Positions 43,689 to 52,827 of a stretch of 64,000 nt of DNA are shown here, one piece after another. The notes beneath the pieces were generated by a model. The model did not search any database and was not told the DNA's origin. It was given only the letters and a program-made list of their open reading frames with translations. A program made the translations under genes and the position numbers. Positions within the stretch are counted from its first letter, which is position 1, and every line of letters begins with the position of its first letter. Source of the stretch: Opitutaceae bacterium (GTDB lineage: Bacteria > Verrucomicrobiota > Verrucomicrobiia > Opitutales > Opitutaceae); assembly GCA_965227745.1 (NCBI GenBank), contig OZ245769.1, positions 6,296,974 to 6,360,973 on the forward strand. The letters run 5' to 3'.

Positions 43689-45356
43689 TTACTTCCGCGC
43701 GAGGGTGCGGTTGAGGGCGCTGACGACGGCTTTGATCGAGGCGAGTTCGATGTTGGTGTCGATGCCGGCGCCGTAGAGGCTCTGGCCGCGTTCGGTCTTG
43801 ATCTGGATGTACGAGACGGCGCGGGCTTCGGCGCCTTTGCCGAGGGAGTGTTCGGAGTAGGAGAGGACTTCGAATTTCGGGAGGGCGGTGGTGCTGAGGG
43901 CGCGCACGAAGGCGTCGATCGGGCCGTTGCCGCTGGCGGTGAGGACGTGGACTTTCTTGTCGAGGGCGATCTCGGCGTCGCAGGTGACGATGCTGTCGCG
44001 CTCCGTGGTCTTGAAGTGCAGCAGCTCGACGGGCGACGTGCGGCCGAGGTATTCGCGTTGGAAAACATCGTGCACCTCATCGGGCGTGATCTCGCCGCCC
44101 TTGGCGTCAGCGTAGTCGTTGATGATCTTGCCGATCTCCTTGTGCATGATCTTCGGCAGGGTAAAGCCGAACTCGTTTTCGAGCACGTAGGCGACGCCGC
44201 CTTTGCCGGACTGGCTGTTGATGCGGATGATGGCTTTGTAGCTGCGGCCGATGTCCTGTGGGTCGATAGGAATGTAGAGGACGTCCCATGGCTCGTCGGC
44301 TTTTTGGACGGCCCAGGACTTCTTGATGGCGTCCTGATGCGAGCCGCTGAAGGCGGTGAACGTGAGCTCGCCCGCATAGGGCTGGCGGGCGGGGACCTCG
44401 AGGCGCGTGCAGCGCTCGTAGACGTCGCGGATGTGATTGATATCCGAGAAGTCGAGGCCGGGGTGGATGCCGTGCGTGTAGAGATTCAGCGCGACAGTGA
44501 CGATATCGAGATTGCCCGTGCGCTCGCCGTTGCCGAAGAGCGTACCCTCGACGCGGTCGGCGCCGGCGAGTAGGGCCAACTCGGTGGCGGCGACGCCGGT
44601 GCCGCGGTCGTTGTGCGTGTGCAGGGAGACGAGCGTGAGGTCGCGGCGAGTGAGGTGCGTGCACATCCACTCGATCTGGTCGGCGTGCACATTGGGCGTG
44701 GCGTACTCGACGGTAGCCGGGAGATTAAGGATGATCTTGTTGTCCTTGGTCGGCTGCCAGGCGTCGGTGACGGCCTCGCAAATCTCCAAAGCGAAATCCA
44801 ACTCCGTGCTGGTGAAGCTCTCCGGTGAATATTGGAAACGGACATGCGTGCCGGCAGCGGCGAGCGGCGCGGCGTAATGCTTCACCCACTTCGTGCCTTG
44901 GACGGCGATATCGACGATGTCCTGGCGCGTGGCGTTGAAGACGTATTTCCGCTGCGCGGGCGAGGTGGAGTTGTAGAGATGGAAGATGATGTTCTTCGCG
45001 CCGGCGAGGGCCTCGATGCTGCGCTTGATCAGCTCCTCGCGGCATTGGCAGAGGATCTGGATGGCGACGCCATCGGGGATGCGGTTTTCCTCGATCAGGC
45101 GGCGGCAGAAATCGAACTCGATCTGGGAGGCGGAGGGGAAACCGACCTCGATCTCCTTGAAGCCGATCTTCACCAGCAACTCAAAGTACTCGAGCTTCTC
45201 CTCGACGCTCATGGGCTGGGCGAGGGCCTGGTTGCCATCGCGGAGGTCGACGCTGCACCAGAGGGGCGCACGGTCGAGGGTGCGGCTGGGCCACTGGCGG
45301 TTGGGCAAATTAACGGGAGGGAACGGGCGATACTTGCTGACAGGTGCGGGTTGCAT
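43689..45356 (-). CDS. leuA: 2-isopropylmalate synthase (long, actinobacterial-type LeuA)
   Basis: Start MQPAPVSKYRPFPPVNLPNRQWP...WCSVDLRDGNQAL...EIEVGFPSAS...HTHNDRGTG...; regulatory C-terminal domain present. Confidence 0.9.
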   Translation of the reverse strand: MQPAPVSKYRPFPPVNLPNRQWPSRTLDRAPLWCSVDLRDGNQALAQPMSVEEKLEYFELLVKIGFKEIEVGFPSASQIEFDFCRRLIEENRIPDGVAIQILCQCREELIKRSIEALAGAKNIIFHLYNSTSPAQRKYVFNATRQDIVDIAVQGTKWVKHYAAPLAAAGTHVRFQYSPESFTSTELDFALEICEAVTDAWQPTKDNKIILNLPATVEYATPNVHADQIEWMCTHLTRRDLTLVSLHTHNDRGTGVAATELALLAGADRVEGTLFGNGERTGNLDIVTVALNLYTHGIHPGLDFSDINHIRDVYERCTRLEVPARQPYAGELTFTAFSGSHQDAIKKSWAVQKADEPWDVLYIPIDPQDIGRSYKAIIRINSQSGKGGVAYVLENEFGFTLPKIMHKEIGKIINDYADAKGGEITPDEVHDVFQREYLGRTSPVELLHFKTTERDSIVTCDAEIALDKKVHVLTASGNGPIDAFVRALSTTALPKFEVLSYSEHSLGKGAEARAVSYIQIKTERGQSLYGAGIDTNIELASIKAVVSALNRTLARK

Positions 45357-45909
45357 GGACGAAACGGGTCGAGACGTTGAGAAAAGAGTTTTGAGAGCGA
45401 ACGAGCCGGGTAAAACCGGACAGAGTGTCATCACGTCACCGGGAAGGCGACGGCAGAATTCTTCGAACTTACGCACGACCAGCCGCTAAGCGGCCTCCTC
45501 TTAGAGGTCGTGCGCGGTGGTAAGTCGAAGAGCCTGCGGCAAAACTTGCATTTCTAAGGAGTGAGGTTTGGAGCGGGCGGGCAAATGTCAAGGGTGGGGC
45601 GGTCTAGGAGAGAAGCGGGAAGGACGGATTTTTTGCCGCGGAGGGCGCGGATTCGGGAATGGGTTCAGAGAAAAAATAAAGATGCCTTCACATCGATTTT
45701 TATCCGCACCCATCCGCGCGATCTGCGGAAAAAGGATTGCTAGACTTACTTCGTAAACACCTCTGGTGGAACTGACTGGTGAAACTGCCGCAGCTCGGGC
45801 GTCGACGTATCGCCACCGGATTCAATCGAGAATCGCTGGCATCGTCTCTGTAACCCACCTGACGCACGCGCGTCTTGCGTGGTGTGCATGACCTTGCCTC
45901 CATCTCCGT

Positions 45910-46503
45910 ATGCCTGACGACGATCCGCCGTTCGATCTGGCCGGATGCCTCGAACGGGTACGCCGGCAAGATCAACTGGCTGCGCGCGAACTCGTCGATC
46001 ATCTTTACCCCTTGGTTATCCGCATTGTGCGTTCCCATCTCCCCCGGCGCGTTGCTGAGGAAGACCTCGCGCAGGAGATTTTTCTGAAGATGTTCACCCG
46101 CCTCGCACAATATCAGGGAGCGGTTCCTTTTCCGCATTGGGTCTCCCGGATCGCGGTCACGACGTGCATCGATCATCTCCGCGCGCAGAAGCGCCGTCCG
46201 GAGTTTCGGTGGGCCGACCTTTCCGAAACCGAGGCCGAAGTGCTCGATAACATCATCACCAACGAGAACGATGTCCCGGCCAACGATGCGATGGCCGCGA
46301 GCGAACTCGTCCATAAACTCCTCGCCCAGCTCAAGCCCGACGACCAGACCGTGATCCGCATGCTCGACCTCGAGCAAAAGACCATCGCCGAGATCGCCCA
46401 ACTCACGGGTTGGAACCAATCACTCATCAAAGTCCGCGCCTTTCGTGCGAGACGGAAGTTGCAGAAGCTATTTCAAGAACTACAAAAAACCGAACGGTCA
46501 TGA
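45910..46503 (+). CDS. ECF-type RNA polymerase sigma factor
   Basis: Region 2 (ELVDHLYPLVIRIVRSHL...EDLAQEIFLKMF...WVSRIAVTTCIDHLR) and region 4 (LKPDDQTVIRMLDLEQKTIAEIAQLTGWNQSLIKVRAFRARRKL). Confidence 0.85.
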   Translation: MPDDDPPFDLAGCLERVRRQDQLAARELVDHLYPLVIRIVRSHLPRRVAEEDLAQEIFLKMFTRLAQYQGAVPFPHWVSRIAVTTCIDHLRAQKRRPEFRWADLSETEAEVLDNIITNENDVPANDAMAASELVHKLLAQLKPDDQTVIRMLDLEQKTIAEIAQLTGWNQSLIKVRAFRARRKLQKLFQELQKTERS

Positions 46504-46805
46504 ACTCCTCTCAGCCCAATTCTCCTTGGACCCGTCTGGCGGCCGCCGCGCGCACCGCGCCCGACACTCGTGATACCGCCGCGCCTTACGCCTTTTCCAC
46601 GCGCATCGCGGCTCTCGCGATGGCGCAGGAGCGCAAGGTCGTCTCCCTCATGGAGCGCTTCGCCCTCCGGGCGCTTTGCGCCGCCGCCCTGCTTGCCGTG
46701 CTCGGTGCCGTGGTGAACTATCCCGCGATTAATTCCGCCAACGCCACCGCCGAGGATGAGCAACTCTTTGAAGACGATCCTGTAGCCGTGCTGCTGGACG
46801 TCTAA
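46500..46805 (+). CDS. putative anti-sigma / membrane partner protein (101 aa)
   Basis: The ATG overlaps the sigma stop (ATGA at 46500-46503). One TM helix LRALCAAALLAVLGAVV. Assignment is from position only. Confidence 0.5.
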   Translation: MNSSQPNSPWTRLAAAARTAPDTRDTAAPYAFSTRIAALAMAQERKVVSLMERFALRALCAAALLAVLGAVVNYPAINSANATAEDEQLFEDDPVAVLLDV

Positions 46806-46809
46806 GCGG

Positions 46810-47493
46810 ATGGAAAAGCCCTGGAAAGTCATCGTCGCCTTCATCGGCGTATTCATCGCCGGTTCCGTTTTTGGCGCCCTGCTCGCGTTGCGCTTGAACA
46901 AGCAGCGTGAATTGCAGCTGCCGCCGCGCTACGTGGTGCAGCCCGTGCCGCAGACTCCGTCCGCTCAAGCGACGCCGCCCGCCACCGCGACCTCCGCTGC
47001 CGGCACGCCTGCCCAGACCCAAGCGACGACGCCCCAAGGCCAAGTGGCCGGCGTCCGCCCGAATCCTAATTCCGCGTCTGCGGTTGCTCCGACTCTGCCG
47101 CCCACGATGGCCGTGCAGGCCCCGCCGCTGATGCGCCGTTACGTCGACAAACTCGACCTCACCCCGGAGCAAAAGGAGCGCGTCAATCCCCTCATCGTAC
47201 GCGCGACCAACGATATCCGTCGCCAGCAACAGACCAATCTGCGCGAGACAGGCGTCATCCTCGCGCACCTGCAGGAAGACATCTCTCGCGAGCTTACGCC
47301 CGCCCAGCGCGCCAAGCTCGAGGACCTGACCGAGCGCCAGCGAGTCTTCATCGAACAGCGCGAGCGCCAGCAGCAGGAGCTGTTGCGCCAGCAGCAGATG
47401 GACAAAGCCGAGAAGCGTAAGGCCAACAAGGACACCAAGGACGGGAATATTAAGTCCAAGTCCGGCAAGCCGCCCGAGGACGGGAATAACTAA
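46810..47493 (+). CDS. periplasmic LTXXQ-motif (Spy/CpxP-like) protein with N-terminal anchor
   Basis: TM anchor VIVAFIGVFIAGSVFGALLAL; two LTxxQ motifs (LDLTPEQKERV, ELTPAQRAKL); Q/E/K-rich tail. Confidence 0.6.
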   Translation: MEKPWKVIVAFIGVFIAGSVFGALLALRLNKQRELQLPPRYVVQPVPQTPSAQATPPATATSAAGTPAQTQATTPQGQVAGVRPNPNSASAVAPTLPPTMAVQAPPLMRRYVDKLDLTPEQKERVNPLIVRATNDIRRQQQTNLRETGVILAHLQEDISRELTPAQRAKLEDLTERQRVFIEQRERQQQELLRQQQMDKAEKRKANKDTKDGNIKSKSGKPPEDGNN

Positions 47494-47541
47494 CTGAAAT
47501 TGGTTGTTGCGCGTCGCTGAACCCGACGCATGGTTCGCGTC

Positions 47542-47637
47542 GGCCAGGTGCCATGCATGGGCAGGCGCGTGAACTCCGCCAGGACCGGAAGGTAGCAACG
47601 GTAACGACGTTCTCCTAGTGCCGTGGAGTGCCTGGCC
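47542..47637 (+). ncRNA. ffs: small (4.5S-type) signal recognition particle RNA
   Basis: Conserved domain-IV core CCAGGACCGGAAGGTAGCAAC (GGAA tetraloop flanked by the symmetric-loop consensus). The 5' GGCCAGG and 3' CCTGGCC ends pair, followed by a T6 run at 47641-47646. It lies immediately upstream of dnaX, a common synteny. The ends are approximate. Confidence 0.7.
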
Positions 47638-47798
47638 ACTTTTTTTATCCGAGCGGTGAGGCTCGTTTTTTCGAGTGGCGGTGAGTGGAGTGCGGCGCGG
47701 AATGAACCCGCAGCAGAGGTCGGAGCTTGCTTGCCAGCGGTTCGCGCGTTGCGCTGACTCCTCGCTTCCTAAATCTTCAGAGGATTTAACACGAACTC

Positions 47799-48953
47799 AT
47801 GTCGGGCACCTACCAAGTCATCGCGCGCAAGTGGCGCCCCCAGACCTTTGCTGACGTCGTCGGTCAGGACCACGTCGTCCGCACCCTGCGCAACGCCATC
47901 TCGCGCCAGCGCATCGCCCACGCCTACCTCTTCGTCGGTCCCCGTGGCACCGGTAAGACTTCCACCGCCCGCATCTTCGCCAAGGCCCTCAACTGCACCG
48001 ACGGCCCCAAGGCCGACTTCGATCCCAACGATCCGGCCTGCAAGGCCATCGCCGAGGGCTCACATCTCGACGTGATCGAGATCGACGGCGCCTCCAACAA
48101 CGGCGTCGATCAAGTCCGCGACCTTCGCGAGACCGTTCGCTACGCCCCCGCGATGGGGAAGTACAAAATCTACATCATCGACGAGGTGCACATGCTCTCG
48201 GCCGCGGCTTTTAATGCCCTCCTCAAGACCCTCGAGGAGCCCCCGGCCCACGTGAAGTTCGTCTTCGCGACGACCGACCCGCAGAAGGTGCTCCCGACGA
48301 TCATCTCGCGCTGCCAGCGCTTCGATCTCAAGCCCATCCCGAACGATCTCATCATCGAGCGCCTCAAGAAAATCGCGATTGAGGAAAAGATCAAAGTCTC
48401 CGACGACGCCCTCGCCTGTATCGCCCGCATGGCCGATGGCGGCATGCGCGATGCCCAGTCCATTTTCGATCAGATGATCTCCTTCTGCGGCGCCGAGATC
48501 TCCGAGCCGGATGTGCTCGACGTCTACGGCCTCGTCGCGGCGGAAAAGATCACCGCGCTCGCCGCCGCCCTCGCCGCCGGCGACCACCAGAAGCTCGTCG
48601 CCATCGTCGATGAGTGTGATGCCGCCGGGCGCGATCTCGTCCGCCTCCTCGTCGACCTCCAGGCCCTCGTCCGCGTCGCCCTGCTCGATGCCATCGCCAA
48701 GGGTGGCAAGAGCGCCGCGCTCGGCGGCGTCGCCATGACCACCGAGCAACTCACCCGCATGCTCGACGGCCTCCGCGAAGGCGAGGGCAACGTGAAGCTC
48801 GGCCTGGCGGAGAAAATCAATTTCGAGGTCACCCTCCTTAAAGCCGTCGAAGCCTCCCGCGCGCGCGCCATCGATTCCCTCATCAAGGAACTCACCGCCC
48901 TCGCCGACGAGTCCGGCTCCGCCACCGACGATAGCGAAAAAAAAAAGGGCTGA
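47799..48953 (+). CDS. dnaX: DNA polymerase III subunit gamma/tau, 0-frame product (384 aa, gamma-length)
   Basis: [30 protein letters not shown]...[40 protein letters not shown]. The 0 frame ends ...[11 protein letters not shown] just after an A10 run. Confidence 0.9.
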   Translation: MSGTYQVIARKWRPQTFADVVGQDHVVRTLRNAISRQRIAHAYLFVGPRGTGKTSTARIFAKALNCTDGPKADFDPNDPACKAIAEGSHLDVIEIDGASNNGVDQVRDLRETVRYAPAMGKYKIYIIDEVHMLSAAAFNALLKTLEEPPAHVKFVFATTDPQKVLPTIISRCQRFDLKPIPNDLIIERLKKIAIEEKIKVSDDALACIARMADGGMRDAQSIFDQMISFCGAEISEPDVLDVYGLVAAEKITALAAALAAGDHQKLVAIVDECDAAGRDLVRLLVDLQALVRVALLDAIAKGGKSAALGGVAMTTEQLTRMLDGLREGEGNVKLGLAEKINFEVTLLKAVEASRARAIDSLIKELTALADESGSATDDSEKKKG

Positions 48954-49558
48954 CTGATCGCTTAGGCCAGCTCGACGCCCGGCTCGGCGTCGCCCTGTTG
49001 GCGAGCAAGCGCGATGTGTTTGTCACTGCCCCGGTGGGCCGCGTCGACGAACGCCCCCTGCCGATTACCGCCCCCGCCGACGCCGGGCGACGTTTCGCGA
49101 ATAGTTCGAGTCGTACGCCGGCGGTCGGAGCGCCGGGTGCAGCCGGCGGAGGGGCGATCCCGGCGTCAAACGCGGCGACCTCAGCGTCCGTAGCAAATTC
49201 CGAGTTCGCTGGGGCTGAGGCCTCCAGCGATGATACCTCCGAGGCCGTCGTGGCCACCGCCGGGCCGATCGATTCGCCGTTCGACGACGCCCCGGTCTCC
49301 TGGCCCGATGATGCGGCGGAATCCTCCTTCATCGCCGAGGCGAAGCAGCGCGGTGAGCCCGTGAAAGCGAGCACCGCCGCCGCCGAAATCATCGACGAAA
49401 AAGACACGAAGTCGCTCCCGCCCATGGCCGACCTCCTCGCACGCATCACGCCCGAAGTCCGCGAGGCGCTGGAGGAATTATTCCGCGCCAAGTTTACCGT
49501 CGTGCGGCGGACGCCGAAGAAGTGGTTTAAGAGTGAGGATGCCTCCTCGACAAAATGA
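48938..49558 (+). CDS. dnaX: -1-frame continuation of dnaX (tau-like C-terminal extension, ~206 codons); alternatively an independent ORF from TTG 48998
   Basis: The frame is open from the A run to TGA 49556-49558. Codon use is GC3-rich. Acidic/Ala-rich linker, then ...[30 protein letters not shown]. Confidence 0.5.
   Translation, partial: KKKGLTDRLGQLDARLGVALLASKRDVFVTAPVGRVDERPLPITAPADAGRRFANSSSRTPAVGAPGAAGGGAIPASNAATSASVANSEFAGAEASSDDTSEAVVATAGPIDSPFDDAPVSWPDDAAESSFIAEAKQRGEPVKASTAAAEIIDEKDTKSLPPMADLLARITPEVREALEELFRAKFTVVRRTPKKWFKSEDASSTK
48941..48947 (+). other. A_AAA_AAG slippery heptamer, in phase with dnaX, inside an A10 run (48937-48946)
   Basis: 0-frame codons are GAA AAA AAA AAG GGC TGA. 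The heptamer and its phase are identical to the E. coli dnaX -1 frameshift site. Confidence 0.6.
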
Positions 49559-50001
49559 GCATGTCGCCGAGCTGGGAAAAGATACCAAGCTTACCTTAGA
49601 CGCTCTGGCCAAGTTGGATACCCGCAACGTCCAAATCCGCGTTCGAAGTTCATCTGGAGAAGCCATTCTCACTTGGGAGGGATACGACGGCGACGATGGC
49701 TTCGATCAATTTCGCATCGACGCTCAGCGTAAAGGCGAAGCGCCCTTTCACTTTGAATTTGGCGGTTGTGTCGTATGGGGCCTGCGCCACACAACGCGCT
49801 TCTTCTCACATGAGACAGACATCGTCGAAGGGGGGATTTCGCCACCCCGATATTCGCACCTACGTATGGTGTCGTGTCGGCTTAGACATAAAGCTCACCG
49901 TCCACTACGACGGCGGCTCGCTTCATGAGGACTTTCTTTTTCGCGGTCCTGTCATCGAGATGGATCGGACCTTCATCGACAGCTACGATGGAAAAATCTA
50001 G
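49533..50001 (+). pseudogene. small hypothetical gene apparently split by a +1 frameshift at a G6 run (49830-49835)
   Basis: Frame A (49533..) reads plausibly up to ...FFSHETDIVE, then becomes R-rich. Frame B (ORF 49696..50001) reads plausibly only after the G run (GGFRHPDIRTYVWCRVGLDIKLTVHYDGG...). Lower-GC region. Start uncertain. Confidence 0.3.
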
Positions 50002-50056
50002 CCGCCAATGAGGCGGGTATCTCTGTCGATTGTCGCCTAGGTGACTTTGTACTAGG

Positions 50057-50599
50057 CTAGGGCTTCTTCGCTTCCGGGCCGGTTCGCAGATCAAACGACT
50101 GCTTATCGCCCATCGAATCCAAGGTCACGACTGAGCCGTCCACTTCGAAGTCCCATGGTGGCTCGACAAACATGGACCATTTTTTCTGGCCGTTTAGTGA
50201 CCAGGCGGCGAACTCTAGCTCGGCTGACATCAGCACAACATCCGCGTAACGGTGCCATCCCCAGAACCCGATATCGGCTGTATCGGTCCATAGGCGGCGC
50301 GGCTGCGCAAGATCGTAGGCGAGGATTCGTGCGCCTGCGCCAACGAAAAAAACCGAGGTCTCCGGTATTAGTAGCGCGCCCGGAACGAATCCGGCTTCCG
50401 ATGGCGAATAGCGCTGTGCCACCGTTAAAGAAGGCCAGGTGGTGCCTCGACTAACAGCGAAGAACGACAGCCCGCCTTTAGCTGACAAATCGATCTCGTC
50501 AGCGAGCGCGGCATGCGCGCGATAGCTTTCGTACAGCGACGGAAACGTGCCCACTGAACAGAGGACGCGAAACTCGCCATATGAAATTTCAACGTGCAT
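50057..50599 (-). CDS. hypothetical protein (180 aa) in lower-GC islet
   Basis: ORF track; balanced composition; no family recognised. Confidence 0.5.
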   Translation of the reverse strand: MHVEISYGEFRVLCSVGTFPSLYESYRAHAALADEIDLSAKGGLSFFAVSRGTTWPSLTVAQRYSPSEAGFVPGALLIPETSVFFVGAGARILAYDLAQPRRLWTDTADIGFWGWHRYADVVLMSAELEFAAWSLNGQKKWSMFVEPPWDFEVDGSVVTLDSMGDKQSFDLRTGPEAKKP

Positions 50600-50625
50600 C
50601 GCGCTTTCGTGCAGAGTGGACCGAC

Positions 50626-51318
50626 TTACCGCACTCCCGGATACGTCCCTGGGGCTGGCTTTGGCGACATCATTGTCGCGGCGTTTTGGAAATCCGCGGG
50701 GGCGCTAAACATGGCGTCGCTCAGGGTTTTCTTGGTCACTTCGCTCGCTTCCATGCGCAGGGATTCCTTGCCGGCTTCGATGATGATCACGCGCAGGGGG
50801 AAAAGATTCAGGTCGCCCATCACGGCTTCCCAGGAGCCGCCCATGCCGCCCATCATGGGGTTGCCGCCGCCAAAGGCCGCGAAGGCGCCCAGCTTGTCCG
50901 TCGCCCACAGTTCAGTGATCGAGTTGGCGGAGCGGGCGATATATTTCACGCAGTCGTAGCCGGCGATCTTCTCGGTGATCGCGGTTTTTTGAATGCCCGC
51001 TTCGGCCAGGGCCGCGCCGGCGTTTTCGCTCGGCTTCGCCGCCGGCGGGATTGGCTGGCTGAGGTACAGCTTCCGGTCGAGCACGAGGATCAGCATCGAG
51101 GGCTTCGTCGAATCCATCACTGCCGCCAAGCGCCCCGCGCCGGGCGCGACCATATCCACGCGAAAGGCACTGCCCTTAATGCTGTAGGTCATTTCCCCCG
51201 GCAGGGGGGAGCCCGCCTGCCCGGTGACTTTCATGACCACTGTGCCCTCGAAATCCGCGGCCCAGGCCGCCGACACTAGCGCGAGACAGACACCCACGAG
51301 CGACACGAATTTTTTCAT
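50626..51318 (-). CDS. secreted DUF4412-like protein
   Basis: Signal peptide MKKFVSLVGVCLALVSAAWA. ADFEGTVVMKVTG...MTYSIKGSAFRVDM...IAGYDCVKY... has the layout typical of DUF4412. Confidence 0.65.
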   Translation of the reverse strand: MKKFVSLVGVCLALVSAAWAADFEGTVVMKVTGQAGSPLPGEMTYSIKGSAFRVDMVAPGAGRLAAVMDSTKPSMLILVLDRKLYLSQPIPPAAKPSENAGAALAEAGIQKTAITEKIAGYDCVKYIARSANSITELWATDKLGAFAAFGGGNPMMGGMGGSWEAVMGDLNLFPLRVIIIEAGKESLRMEASEVTKKTLSDAMFSAPADFQNAATMMSPKPAPGTYPGVR

Positions 51319-51413
51319 TGGAGGGAGGCGCTATCTCATCACGCGTTCGACCCCCGCGGCAATCCCGGGTTTCGCGGCTTGCCAGTGCCGCTCTCGCCGG
51401 GTGAAGTCACCGA

Positions 51414-51914
51414 ATGGCTCTCTACGGTAATATCGACAAAGTGCGCGCCCAGACCGCGCAGCTCCCCGGTTTCGCCACCGCGTTTTCCTACGCGGATGAA
51501 TTGCTCAGCCCCGGCTCAGCGGTGCAGGCGCGTGTCCGCGCGCTCTCGGCTGGCCAGCGCCAGCGCACTGAGCTCGGCGGCGGCGTCTTCGTCAGCGAGG
51601 AGTGCTACCAATCCAAAGCCCGCCCCGATGGCTTTTTCGAGTCTCACCGCAAGTACATCGATATCCAGATCATCTTCGAAGGCGAAGAACTCATGGAGGT
51701 CGCCGATATTGGGTCGCTGAAGCCCACGATGGAGTACAATGCCGAGCGCGACCTCCTCAAGTACGCGGACACCGCTGAGGCCTCCGTGCTCAAGGTTTTC
51801 CCCGGGCAGGCCGCCGTGTTTTTCCCGTCGGATGGCCATATGCCCACGCTCCGCGTTCGCGAAGCCGGCGGCCTCGTGCGCAAGAGCGTGATCAAGATCC
51901 CCGTGGCCTCGTAA
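51414..51914 (+). CDS. YhcH/YjgK/YiaL-family (DUF386, EbgC-like) protein
   Basis: FESHRKYIDIQIIFEGEE...PGQAAVFFPSDGHMP cupin-like signature. Confidence 0.8.
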   Translation: MALYGNIDKVRAQTAQLPGFATAFSYADELLSPGSAVQARVRALSAGQRQRTELGGGVFVSEECYQSKARPDGFFESHRKYIDIQIIFEGEELMEVADIGSLKPTMEYNAERDLLKYADTAEASVLKVFPGQAAVFFPSDGHMPTLRVREAGGLVRKSVIKIPVAS

Positions 51915-51951
51915 GGCCCGCGCCTTCCCTCTGTCGGCCCCCGCGCCGCCC

Positions 51952-52827
51952 ATGAATTACCGGCACCATTTTCACGCGGGCAATTTCGCCGACGTGATGA
52001 AGCACTTTCTGCTCACGCGCCTCGTCGCCGCGTTGCAGAAGAAGGACAAGGGCTTCCTCTACCTCGATACCCACGCCGGACGCGGTGGCTACGATCTTAC
52101 CATCGCCGCCACGGGCGACACCCTCGCGCGCCAACCCGAGTGGCCCGATGGGGTGGGGCGCCTCACCGCGCGCACCGATCTCCCGCCGCTGCTCGCCGAG
52201 TACCTGGCTCTCGCGCGGAAATTCGACGCCAGCCGCCAGGCCGGGGCCGATGCCTCGGCCGATCTTAAATACTATCCCGGCTCACCGTGGTTCGTCCGCG
52301 AGCTCGCCCGGCCGCAGGATCGCCTCGCGCTCTGCGAGCGCCAGCCCGACGAGTGCGCGGCGCTGCGCGAGCTGTTTCAATTTTCCCCGCGCACTACCGT
52401 GCAGGAGAGCGACGGCTACGTGGCCGTGCGCGCGATGCTCCCGCCGCCCGAGCGCCGCGCCCTCATCCTCATCGATCCGCCGTTCGAGGCGCAGGACGAG
52501 TTCACCCAGATCGTCTCCGCCCTCGCCGAGGGCCTGAAGCGATTCCCCAGTGGCGTCTTCGCCGTCTGGTATCCGCTCACCGAACGCGCCCGCGTGGAAA
52601 AATTCTTCACGCAGCTCCGCACGCTGCCCCTGCCGCCCACGCTCGTCGCCGAGCTCATCATCGCCGGCCTCGAGTCCCCGATTATGATGAAGGGCTGCGG
52701 CCTGCTCATCATCAATCCCCCGTGGCAGTTTGATCGCGAGGTAAGGCCGATCCTAGGATATCTCGGGCGATTGCTGGCGCAGGCGCAGGGCGGGGGCGGG
52801 GGAGTGACATGGTTGGTAGAGGAATGA
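51952..52827 (+). CDS. rlmJ: 23S rRNA (adenine2030-N6)-methyltransferase
   Basis: MNYRHHFHAGNFADVMKH...YLDTHAGRGGYDL...YPGSPW...IDPPFE...WYP are RlmJ hallmarks. Confidence 0.85.
   Translation: MNYRHHFHAGNFADVMKHFLLTRLVAALQKKDKGFLYLDTHAGRGGYDLTIAATGDTLARQPEWPDGVGRLTARTDLPPLLAEYLALARKFDASRQAGADASADLKYYPGSPWFVRELARPQDRLALCERQPDECAALRELFQFSPRTTVQESDGYVAVRAMLPPPERRALILIDPPFEAQDEFTQIVSALAEGLKRFPSGVFAVWYPLTERARVEKFFTQLRTLPLPPTLVAELIIAGLESPIMMKGCGLLIINPPWQFDREVRPILGYLGRLLAQAQGGGGGVTWLVEE

Noticed and set aside
43665-44573. Plus-strand ORFs opposite leuA (43665..44573, 44832..45380, 44986..45489)
   Set aside because: They are antisense to a clearly recognisable LeuA, with no motifs of their own.
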